DNA from: Candidatus Saccharimonadales bacterium | Lineage (GTDB): Bacteria; Patescibacteriota; Saccharimonadia; Saccharimonadales; UBA10212 | NCBI GenBank assembly: GCA_038245195.1 | Contig: JBBRSU010000001.1 | Coordinates: 64,121 to 128,120, forward strand | DNA: 64,000 nt | Direction of reading: 5' to 3' | Part shown: one piece after another, positions 1 to 7,582 of the stretch | Position numbering within the stretch: the first letter of the stretch is position 1 | Layout of the letters: every line of letters begins with the position of its first letter | Notes under the pieces: generated by a model | Told to the model about the DNA's origin: nothing | Seen by the model: only the letters and a program-made list of their open reading frames with translations | Database searches by the model: none | Made by a program: the position numbers and the translations under genes

Positions 1-1
1 T

Positions 2-424
2 AAGAAAATCTCATATGAGACCGGACAGACCACCGAAGCGGCTCATCGACTATATGAATCAGAGAGTTTTAATCTACCCTTGATTGCTTATATTGAAAAT
101 CTGCATAAAAAATATAAAACCGCCATTTTAAGCAATGCTAGTCAGGATTTTTTCTCGCCACTTCTCAAGCAAGCTGGCATAGAAAAATTCTTCGATGAAA
201 TAGTTGTTTCTTCAACTATCGGAATCGTAAAACCAAATCCAAAAATTTTCGAGTATGTCGTCCAGAAACTTGGGGTTGAAGCAAGGCAGTGCGTTTTTAT
301 AGATGACATTCAGCGGTATCTGTTGGGAGCCGAAAGCCTGGGCATGAAGACAATCCGGTACCAGAATTTCCCGCAAATGAAGACAGAACTTGAAAAGATA
401 CTAGTGCCCGTAGCGGATAATTAG
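2..424 (+). CDS. HAD-superfamily hydrolase, C-terminal part (5' end outside window)
   Basis: The reading frame stays open from nt 2, upstream of the listed ATG at 80. GIVKPNPKIF matches HAD motif III (Lys) and CVFIDD matches motif IV. Confidence 0.65.
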   Translation, partial: KKISYETGQTTEAAHRLYESESFNLPLIAYIENLHKKYKTAILSNASQDFFSPLLKQAGIEKFFDEIVVSSTIGIVKPNPKIFEYVVQKLGVEARQCVFIDDIQRYLLGAESLGMKTIRYQNFPQMKTELEKILVPVADN

Positions 425-679
425 CTTTTTCTTAATTCGGCAGGCTTCAATCATCCTTCGCTGTTCCAGATGAAGCGTGGCAGCCAAGGCCGAGCTGGGG
501 ACTCTCACAATTAACACATCGCGCTCCACCCGTACCTGGCTTTTACTTTTATAACGACGCAAGATAAACTCCTTCACGGCCGCAATTTCGTCAGGAGGCC
601 TAAAATTTCTCTTTCCCAAAATCTCTTGTAGCGAATCCATTGTCTGAGTATAACCCGAAAAATCTATTGTACTAACCAC
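401..679 (-). CDS. DUF721/DciA-like small protein
   Basis: 92-aa ORF. The C-terminal pattern QVRVERDVLIVRVPSSALAATLHLEQRRMIEA resembles DUF721 proteins. The call rests on motif memory only. Confidence 0.4.
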   Translation of the reverse strand: MVSTIDFSGYTQTMDSLQEILGKRNFRPPDEIAAVKEFILRRYKSKSQVRVERDVLIVRVPSSALAATLHLEQRRMIEACRIKKKLIIRYGH

Positions 680-724
680 TGTTTAAGCGTAGTTTTAAAT
701 TTAAGACTAACCACAACAAAAAAG

Positions 725-1039
725 ATGTCGAATCCAAACCAAGAAGTGCCCAAGATTACAGTAAATTTTATTGATGACCCCGAATCCGGTGAACTTACTC
801 CTCACTGGTATATGAATCATCAAGATATGGGGCAGGTAGATTGGGCAATGACTAGCGATGAACAGCATGGCTTTGTGGATTTCCTGGGTCATACAAGCTT
901 TATACTAGAAAAACGTCTTGGAAGGCTGATTTTACCGGCTCTGGCCAAAGATTTCCGTGCTATCTATCCGCGGTTAGAAACCATAGATTTCCCTCCTGAG
1001 TTCCACGACCACCAGGAAGTCTTCGAAAACGTAACCTAA
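725..1039 (+). CDS. hypothetical acidic protein
   Basis: 104-aa ORF that fills the gap between flanking genes. No recognisable motif. Confidence 0.4.
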   Translation: MSNPNQEVPKITVNFIDDPESGELTPHWYMNHQDMGQVDWAMTSDEQHGFVDFLGHTSFILEKRLGRLILPALAKDFRAIYPRLETIDFPPEFHDHQEVFENVT

Positions 1040-1068
1040 GAGGTTTTCGGCGAGTATAATTAACGGGT

Positions 1069-1944
1069 ATGCCGGAGTTACCTGAAGTTGAAACAATTCG
1101 TACCGGCCTGGCCAAATTATTACCCGGTCGGGTAGTTAAAGATGTCTGGTACGACTGGGATAAGTCATTCCCGAACGCCCCGGCCGATGTGGCCCGTTTC
1201 TTGGTTGGTGCCAAGGTCCAAAAAATCCGTCGCAGAGCCAAGGTATTAATAATTGAGTTAAGCGGTGGCTGGGCCCTAATAATCCACCTTAAAATGACTG
1301 GTCAACTGATATTTGTAAGCCAAAAACAGCGATTTGGAGCTGGGCACCCTAGCCAAGATATGATTGGCGAGCTACCAGCCAAATCCACTAGGGTAGTGTT
1401 AGATTTCACAGATGGAAGCAAGCTTTATTTCAATGACCAGAGAAAATTCGGATGGATGCGGTTGATGCCGGCCTTAGAAATCCCAGAAATCGATTTCTTC
1501 AAAAAAGTCGGCCCCGAGCCACTAGAGGATGATTTTACAGTCGATAAGTTCATAGGACGCTTGCAAAGACGCAAAAACAGCAATATTAAAGCTGTTCTGC
1601 TAGACCAAACGGTTATTGCAGGGATTGGGAACATCTATGCTGATGAGTCGCTGTGGAGTTCTAAAATCCATCCTTCAACACTGGCCGGCGAGATTCCAAA
1701 ACCGAAGCTGGTATTGTTATATAACGCGATTCGTGATGTATTGAATCTAAGTATAAAAAAAGGCGGTAGTACCGACAAGAATTACTTGGATGCCGAAGGC
1801 AAAAAAGGTAGTTACTTAGCTTTTGCCAACGTCTTCCGCAAAGAGGGGCAACCATGCCCCCGCTGTGGTACGCCAATCGATAAAATTAGAGTTGCCGGCC
1901 GTGGCACCCACATTTGCCCGCATTGTCAGAAAGCTCCCAAATGA
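1069..1944 (+). CDS. mutM: formamidopyrimidine-DNA glycosylase
   Basis: N-terminal MPELPEVE catalytic motif and C-terminal zinc finger CPRCGTPIDKIRVAGRGTHICPHCQ. Confidence 0.95.
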   Translation: MPELPEVETIRTGLAKLLPGRVVKDVWYDWDKSFPNAPADVARFLVGAKVQKIRRRAKVLIIELSGGWALIIHLKMTGQLIFVSQKQRFGAGHPSQDMIGELPAKSTRVVLDFTDGSKLYFNDQRKFGWMRLMPALEIPEIDFFKKVGPEPLEDDFTVDKFIGRLQRRKNSNIKAVLLDQTVIAGIGNIYADESLWSSKIHPSTLAGEIPKPKLVLLYNAIRDVLNLSIKKGGSTDKNYLDAEGKKGSYLAFANVFRKEGQPCPRCGTPIDKIRVAGRGTHICPHCQKAPK

Positions 1945-2855
1945 TTACTACTTTAGCTGGTAATAACTTCTACCTATTAAAGCGGCGGATGGATGAGATA
2001 GTTGATAAATTCGTGACCGAACACAACGAGCTGGCATTAGAGCGAATCGATGCCGAAGAAACTGAGTTACCGGCCATCCTGGAAGCCATTCAGAGCCTTC
2101 CATTCCTATCTAACCGCAAACTGGTGGTTGTTAGGGGACTGTCCTTTCACAAAAGTGCCACAGATATTATTGAGCAAATTATTGACTCAGCCGGGGGCAC
2201 TACCGATATTGTTTTTTACGAACCTAAACCAGACAAGCGAACTAGTTTTTTTAAGGTGTTAAAATCTAAAACTCAGCTAGAAGAGTATAACGAAATGGAT
2301 TCTTACGGCTTGGCTAAATGGCTGGTAGACGAAACTCAAAAACTTGGTGGCTATCTGAGCCTAGCTGACGCCGATTACTTAGTAGACAGGGCTGGAATTA
2401 ACCAAGAATTACTAGCTAATGAGTTAGATAAACTACTCGTATATAATCCGGCTGTTTCGCGTCAGACTATCGAGTTATTAACGGTTAAAAATCCCCAAAG
2501 TAAAGTCTTTGAGCTACTCGATGCAATTTTTTCTGGCAATAAGAAGCAAGCTATTGAACTCTATGACGAACAGCGAGCCCAAAAAGTTGAGCCCCAGGCG
2601 ATTATCGCTCTACTGGCGTGGCAATTAGAACTTATCGCCTTAGCAATCTATGGCAAAGGCAAAGACGCTAATCAAATTGCCAAAGATGCTGGCGTTAGCC
2701 CTTACCCAGTCCAAAAGGCTCAACGATTAGCGTCTAAAATGACTGAAAATCAACTTAAAGAAGTAGTTCAAAGAGTACTAATAATGGATGAGCAGAGCAA
2801 AACTACCGCCCTAGACCTAGACGAAGCCCTCAAAACTTTTATTATTACTTTATAA
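1941..2855 (+). CDS. holA: DNA polymerase III delta subunit
   Basis: HolA-like layout (LPFLSNRKLVVVRGLS, C-terminal helical domain). The ATG at 1941 overlaps the mutM stop (ATGA), so I prefer it to the track start at 1914. Confidence 0.72.
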   Translation: MITTLAGNNFYLLKRRMDEIVDKFVTEHNELALERIDAEETELPAILEAIQSLPFLSNRKLVVVRGLSFHKSATDIIEQIIDSAGGTTDIVFYEPKPDKRTSFFKVLKSKTQLEEYNEMDSYGLAKWLVDETQKLGGYLSLADADYLVDRAGINQELLANELDKLLVYNPAVSRQTIELLTVKNPQSKVFELLDAIFSGNKKQAIELYDEQRAQKVEPQAIIALLAWQLELIALAIYGKGKDANQIAKDAGVSPYPVQKAQRLASKMTENQLKEVVQRVLIMDEQSKTTALDLDEALKTFIITL

Positions 2856-2859
2856 AAGT

Positions 2860-2896
2860 GCCCGGTTTCGATCCCTTGTGGGGACCGAAACCGGGC
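2860..2896. terminator. bidirectional hairpin terminator between convergent genes
   Basis: Perfect 10-bp stem cccggtttcg (2861-2870) / cgaaaccggg (2886-2895) directly after the holA stop and the stop of the 2906 minus-strand ORF. Confidence 0.6.
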
Positions 2897-2905
2897 GTGT
2901 AGCTC

Positions 2906-3106
2906 TCAGATGGGCTGGTTCCTTGGATCTCTCGCGTAGCGAGTCCCGAACATCGGGTCTCCCTCGCACTTGTCGAGCTCGCGACGGCTGTGAGCCACAA
3001 AAACAGGTACCACAATCAGTGCATAGCCGATCGAGATGAGAAGCAGAAGACCTGTGAGGTCCTCCACCACCCCCTGATGACTCAGCACAAACTGCGAAAA
3101 ACTCAT
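2906..3106 (-). CDS. small single-pass membrane protein (66 aa)
   Basis: One hydrophobic helix (LTGLLLLISIGYALIVVPVFVA). GGAAAGGA lies about 7 nt upstream. The start overlaps the stop of the upstream 55-aa ORF (ATGA). Confidence 0.45.
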   Translation of the reverse strand: MSFSQFVLSHQGVVEDLTGLLLLISIGYALIVVPVFVAHSRRELDKCEGDPMFGTRYARDPRNQPI

Positions 3107-3270
3107 TTTGAGTCCTTTCCGTTGCTGATGTGAATGGTCACGTCATAGTGCGTGTTAAAGAGTTTAAAGAAGATGGTCCATAGGACCACGGCTACGATTA
3201 GGACACAGATACTCACGACGAGCGTGTGTCTTATCTCTTTCGGAAACCTTGCGGGCTCCGATGCTGCCAT
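3103..3270 (-). CDS. small single-pass membrane protein (55 aa, below ORF-track cutoff)
   Basis: Hand translation gives MAASEPARFPKEIRHTLVVSICVLIVAVVLWTIFFKLFNTHYDVTIHISNGKDSK. GGAG lies 9 nt upstream of the ATG at 3270. The stop is coupled to the next ORF by an ATGA overlap. Confidence 0.4.
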   Translation of the reverse strand: MAASEPARFPKEIRHTLVVSICVLIVAVVLWTIFFKLFNTHYDVTIHISNGKDSK

Positions 3271-3379
3271 TTTTCTTCTCCGATCCGACGGCTGCGTTGT
3301 GGGAGAGAACTATTACATCTCGGGAGTTAGGTAGTGCGTTCGGCTAACCGAAAACTCTTCGACTCCAGAGAAGTATCGT

Positions 3380-3408
3380 ATTATAACATAAGTATTATAG
3401 AAATACAA
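3380..3408 (-). promoter_or_regulatory. sigma70-like promoter for the small-ORF pair
   Basis: On the minus strand: TTGTAT (3408-3403), 17-nt spacer, TATAAT (3385-3380). Confidence 0.35.
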
Positions 3409-3440
3409 TGCATTCCTGGGCTCTTTAGGGAGTTAGTGAC

Positions 3441-3821
3441 TTATTTTGTTGGTTTTTTAATAGAGGCTTTTTTGGCAACCGGCTTCTTAGTGGTGGCGGT
3501 TTTTTTAGTAGTAGGTTTTGCTACCGGTTTTGACTTAGGAACATTCTTGACAACTTTTGCACCGGCAGTTTTGGCAGTCAGCGAAACTGCAGCTTTTTGA
3601 CGAGCAGCTTTGTTCTTGTGAATAATATCTTTCTTAACAGCTATGTCTAAAGCACTGACAACATCACGTTGGGTTTTTTGAATATCGCTCGGTTTCCCAG
3701 CTTCAACAGCCTTAGAGAAGGCCTTTAGCGCATCTCTAAGCGTCCGCTTAGTACGGACATTGCGAACATTTGCCTTAGCGGCAATTTTGACACGTTTCTT
3801 GGCTGATTTAATAATCGGCAT
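3441..3821 (-). CDS. rpsT: 30S ribosomal protein S20 with Lys-rich C-terminal extension
   Basis: MPIIKSAKKRVKIAAKANVRNVRTKRTLR is the canonical S20 N-terminus. An extra tail of about 40 aa rich in K/T/P/A follows. Confidence 0.9.
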   Translation of the reverse strand: MPIIKSAKKRVKIAAKANVRNVRTKRTLRDALKAFSKAVEAGKPSDIQKTQRDVVSALDIAVKKDIIHKNKAARQKAAVSLTAKTAGAKVVKNVPKSKPVAKPTTKKTATTKKPVAKKASIKKPTK

Positions 3822-3963
3822 AGAGCCCTACTATACAGATTAGCCACCCCGTTGTCAAAGAGTTATGAATCATCATTATAAATACTATTGCACTCATGTT
3901 TGCAAAGTGCTAATCTGTGGCTAAGAAGTTAGCTAACAAAAACCTTCTTAAATAAAAAACAAT

Positions 3964-5805
3964 ATGGATCCAGCGGCGGCAAAACAACAGATAGCTGAGC
4001 GCGTTAAACAGTCCAATAAATTCTTGGTTACCGTTAACGCCAATCCGACAGTAGACCAACTGGCGGCTTGTATTGGTTTAACACTGCTTTTAAATAAGAT
4101 GGGCAAGCACGCCACAGCCGTATTTAGCGGCCGGGTACCAAATACTATAGAGTTCCTGCAACCTGAAAAAACTCTTCAAAAAAACACCGATGCCTTGCGC
4201 GACTTTATTATTTCACTCGATAAAAACAAAGCCGACAAGCTACGTTATAAGGTAGAAGATAACGTGGTTCGGATATTTATTACCCCTTACCGCACCAGTC
4301 TAAGCCAGAAAGATTTAATCTTTAGCGATGGCGACTTTAACGTCGAAGCCGTAATTGCTTTGGGAGTTAACCAGCGCACTCAACTCGATTCTGCTATTAC
4401 TTCCCATGGTCGTATTTTGCACGACGCCACAGTTATATCGCTTAACGCTGGCCTGCCCAAAGCCCCCGATATCGGGCAGATTAATTGGGTTGACCCCATG
4501 GCCAGCAGTTTATCGGAAATGTTAGTTAGTATAAGTGAGGCTTTTGGCCCAGGGTTAATTGATAGCCAGATGGCTACGGCTTTCCTGACCGGAATTGTGG
4601 CCGAGACCGAACGCTTTAGTAATAAGAAGACCTCACCCAAAGTTATGACGATGAGTGCCCAGCTGATGGCCGCCGGTGCGAATCAACAGTTGATTGCTGA
4701 GAAGCTGGCGCCGCCACCTCCACCGCCACCTAAACCCAAACCGCCTGAAGCCCCTAAAAAGCCGATTCCACCGCCCAAACCCAAACCGCCACCTCTCAAA
4801 CCAGAAGGTGTAATTAACGTACCCCACGACGATGATAAGAAAAAAGATAAAGCCGATGTCGAGCTAGGCACCACCGAGATTCATATAGATGACCAAGGCA
4901 ACTTAATTGCCGACCAAATTGTGCCACCGCCATTCACAGAATTGCCCCATGATATAGAACTGCCCACCCCAGAATCTACAGAGCCGGAACCGGAACATCC
5001 CGAAGAACCCCCAGCACCCGCCGCTTGGACAGCACCACCGGCACCTCCAGTGGCCCCATTAGCAGCTATTCCGAGTCCACCTGTCACAGCTCTTCCGCCA
5101 GCCGAAACACCACTACCTCCTCAAATATCTCAAGTTAGAGCTACCGAATCCGCCCAAACGCCAAGTGCATTGCCCACTCTACCACCGCCGGCTCCATTAC
5201 CGAGCACTGAACCACAGAATCACCATGCTTTTATGGGCAGTACAGCCCAGCCGGGTGTTGTGGGTATCCCGTTTGCACCAGTCCCCGGACAGCCCGACTG
5301 GGCAGCACCCTATGATTTAGTGCCCATGGACCCAATGCGCGAAGCCGGGGCGGTTAACTCCGAATTTGGCAGCTCGCCTGCCGCCGTTAACCCCGAGGTT
5401 TCTCAGAATAATTTTTCGCAAGGCCATGGCGTAACACCACCTCCCGAGCTGACAGCTAGCTTTTCAACTGCACCACCTGCCTCCGCTAATGACGCCCGCA
5501 GTGCAGTCGAGCAAGCCATCGCCGCTGCACCTTTCGACCCAGCTTTTGGGGCTCCAGTACAAGCTCTAAATGCTCAACCAATGAGCCCTGTACCGATTCA
5601 TAACGAAGCCCCGCCAGCCGAAACCAACCTGCCTCCGCTAAAAACCAGCGACACCCCAATGCTAGTTTTGCCCACAGATAATTCCAGCTCGGTTACTGCC
5701 ACCCAACCAATTGCTACCCAAACACCACTCGTGCAACAACCAGTTTCTGGTGTAGCCCCACCACCAATGCCGCCACCCTTGAATGTGGCTCAGCCACCCC
5801 GATAG
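3964..5805 (+). CDS. protein with degenerate DHH-like N-terminal domain and ~370-aa proline-rich C-terminal region
   Basis: VTVNANPTVDQLAACIGLTLLLNKMGK aligns by eye to DHH motif I/II (hsH.nPDgDaiGSalal) but lacks the DxD/His residues. From about aa 245 the sequence is PPPPPPPKPKPPEAPKKPIPPPKPKPPPLKPE, then EP-rich and PxP-rich low complexity. Confidence 0.55.
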   Translation: MDPAAAKQQIAERVKQSNKFLVTVNANPTVDQLAACIGLTLLLNKMGKHATAVFSGRVPNTIEFLQPEKTLQKNTDALRDFIISLDKNKADKLRYKVEDNVVRIFITPYRTSLSQKDLIFSDGDFNVEAVIALGVNQRTQLDSAITSHGRILHDATVISLNAGLPKAPDIGQINWVDPMASSLSEMLVSISEAFGPGLIDSQMATAFLTGIVAETERFSNKKTSPKVMTMSAQLMAAGANQQLIAEKLAPPPPPPPKPKPPEAPKKPIPPPKPKPPPLKPEGVINVPHDDDKKKDKADVELGTTEIHIDDQGNLIADQIVPPPFTELPHDIELPTPESTEPEPEHPEEPPAPAAWTAPPAPPVAPLAAIPSPPVTALPPAETPLPPQISQVRATESAQTPSALPTLPPPAPLPSTEPQNHHAFMGSTAQPGVVGIPFAPVPGQPDWAAPYDLVPMDPMREAGAVNSEFGSSPAAVNPEVSQNNFSQGHGVTPPPELTASFSTAPPASANDARSAVEQAIAAAPFDPAFGAPVQALNAQPMSPVPIHNEAPPAETNLPPLKTSDTPMLVLPTDNSSSVTATQPIATQTPLVQQPVSGVAPPPMPPPLNVAQPPR

Positions 5806-5820
5806 CCTATAATCTTTTAA

Positions 5821-6498
5821 ATGGATGGAATTTTACTGGTTGATAAACCTGCCGGTTGGACGTCTTTTGATGTAGTCGCCAAAGTCCGTGGAATTATAAA
5901 GGCCGAAACTGGTCAAAAGATAAAAATTGGCCACACTGGCACTCTAGACCCGATGGCTACTGGCTTGTTGTTATTAGTTTTGGGTTCTTATACCAAGCGG
6001 GCAGGTGAGTTTAGCAAGCTAGATAAGGTTTATGAGTCTGAGATTACGCTCGGCAGTTCTAGTACAACCGGTGATAAAGAAGGCCAAATCACCAAAATAT
6101 CAGACAAGAAAATATCGAAACAGCAGATTGATGAAGTCCTAAGCCAGTTTTTAGGCAAAATTCAGCAAACTCCCCACAAATTCAGTGCGATTAAGCTTAA
6201 TGGCCAAAAAGCTTACGACATGGCCCGGGCCGGGAAGGAATTCAAACTAGAAGCTAGACAGGTTGAAATTTATGAAATAACAGATGTAAGCTACAAATAT
6301 CCGACGTTAAAATTCACCACTAAAGTTAGCAGTGGCACCTATATCCGTTCCTTGGCCGAAGATATCGGGCAAAACCTCGGGACCGGCGCCTATATTTCGG
6401 CTTTGCGCCGTACCAAAGTCAGCAATTTGACGTTAGAAAATGCTATAGGGATTAAAGGACTATCTCTATTGACGATCAAAAATAACTTGCAAAAATGA
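5821..6498 (+). CDS. truB: tRNA pseudouridine(55) synthase
   Basis: LLVDKPAGWTSFDVV and the GHTGTLDPMATGLL catalytic Asp motif. Confidence 0.93.
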   Translation: MDGILLVDKPAGWTSFDVVAKVRGIIKAETGQKIKIGHTGTLDPMATGLLLLVLGSYTKRAGEFSKLDKVYESEITLGSSSTTGDKEGQITKISDKKISKQQIDEVLSQFLGKIQQTPHKFSAIKLNGQKAYDMARAGKEFKLEARQVEIYEITDVSYKYPTLKFTTKVSSGTYIRSLAEDIGQNLGTGAYISALRRTKVSNLTLENAIGIKGLSLLTIKNNLQK

Positions 6499-6541
6499 TT
6501 TAAGTATGCTACTATATTTTTGTTAATCAAAAAGCAAAAAA

Positions 6542-7117
6542 ATGTTTGGCCGAGAAAAATACCCATCGTACGAAACACACGCAGAGAAAGCGAAGAAAGC
6601 CGCTAAGGCTGCTGGTAGCATAGCCCTAGCTGCTAGTGTTGCAGCTGGAGCATTTGCGCTGGCCTACGAAGGCTCGAACGGCACGATTAGTTCTCGATCA
6701 GCTCCTATTGAACGGATGATGAAACAGTACCCCAACGTTGTTAATCAAAGTGCTGAGGTTGGCGACAGCCAGATTATCGCTGCGGGTGAGTGGGAAAAGT
6801 CACATCCGGAGGTTAAGAGAGTTGTAATAGAGGAGGTTGACGACAACTACGGTCATGATACAAATGGCGATGCAGCAGAGAAAGCGACCAGCACGCTAAA
6901 ACTTATATATAAAGATGGCAAATTCACCGAGGTGACTGGTATTGGCGAACAAAACTATACCGGCACGGGCAGTGATTTGATAGATAAAAAACTGACACAT
7001 CTTGAAGATCGTTTAGGCATGTCTGGCGGAAACGCAGCAGTTGAGGATTCAGCCAAAACCCAAGCCATTGAAGACGCATTATCCAACACAGGTGTTGAGC
7101 AGAGTACGGTTAAATAG
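6542..7117 (+). CDS. hypothetical membrane-anchored protein
   Basis: 191-aa ORF with an N-terminal Ala-rich hydrophobic segment (GSIALAASVAAGAFALA). No known motif. Confidence 0.5.
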   Translation: MFGREKYPSYETHAEKAKKAAKAAGSIALAASVAAGAFALAYEGSNGTISSRSAPIERMMKQYPNVVNQSAEVGDSQIIAAGEWEKSHPEVKRVVIEEVDDNYGHDTNGDAAEKATSTLKLIYKDGKFTEVTGIGEQNYTGTGSDLIDKKLTHLEDRLGMSGGNAAVEDSAKTQAIEDALSNTGVEQSTVK

Positions 7118-7163
7118 TTCTGAGTTGCAAACTCACCCCTGATTTGCTACAATTGACCCCTGA

Positions 7164-7430
7164 ATGATTGCTAAGGAGAAGAAGGCCGAGGTCGTTAAAG
7201 ACCTTAAGGCCCATGATAAAGACAGTGGTAGCCCTGCAGTGCAGGTGGGTATTATGACGGCCCGGATTGCCGAGTTAACCGACCACATGAAGAAGAACAA
7301 GCACGACTTTGCAGCCCGCCGCCGCTTATTACAGCTGGTTGGCAAACGCAAACGATTGCTCAAATATATTGCCGAACAAAGTGGTGACGATTACTTAGCT
7401 CTTATCAAAAAGCTCGGTATTAGACGCTAA
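7164..7430 (+). CDS. rpsO: 30S ribosomal protein S15
   Basis: GSPAVQVGIMTARIAELTDHMKKNKHDFAARRRLLQLVGKRKRLLKY is canonical S15. Conserved rpsO-pnp synteny. Confidence 0.95.
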   Translation: MIAKEKKAEVVKDLKAHDKDSGSPAVQVGIMTARIAELTDHMKKNKHDFAARRRLLQLVGKRKRLLKYIAEQSGDDYLALIKKLGIRR

Positions 7431-7446
7431 AGCGCCCAAACTACAT

Positions 7447-7462
7447 TTCCGCAGACGCGGAA
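7447..7462 (+). terminator. short hairpin after rpsO (attenuator/terminator-like)
   Basis: ttccgc-agac-gcggaa forms a 6-bp stem with a 4-nt loop, 17 nt after the rpsO stop. No clear U-tract. Confidence 0.3.
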
Positions 7463-7582
7463 CAAGCTTGTGCACATTAACTAAAATCGCAATTTGCGGG
7501 CAGAGCCTCAGATATATCAATTGCACAGGGGTATATTTGCACCCTGGCCGTAAAACACGCGGAAAGGACACTTATTAAATAT

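Noticed and set aside
1914-1940. Upstream ATG start for holA as listed in the ORF track
   Set aside because: It would overlap 31 nt of the mutM zinc-finger coding region. The ATG at 1941 forms a classic ATGA stop/start overlap and gives a typical HolA N-terminus.
3334-3600. 88-aa plus-strand ORF with hydrophobic repeats
   Set aside because: It is antisense to the Lys-rich tail of rpsT (AAR codons read as TTY/Phe-Leu-rich). The S20 identity on the minus strand is unambiguous.
4633-5087. Three minus-strand ORFs (64-68 aa) encoding Gly/Trp/Arg-rich peptides
   Set aside because: They are the antisense reading of the CCN-rich proline tract of the 3964-5805 gene. This is a compositional mirror artefact, not independent genes.
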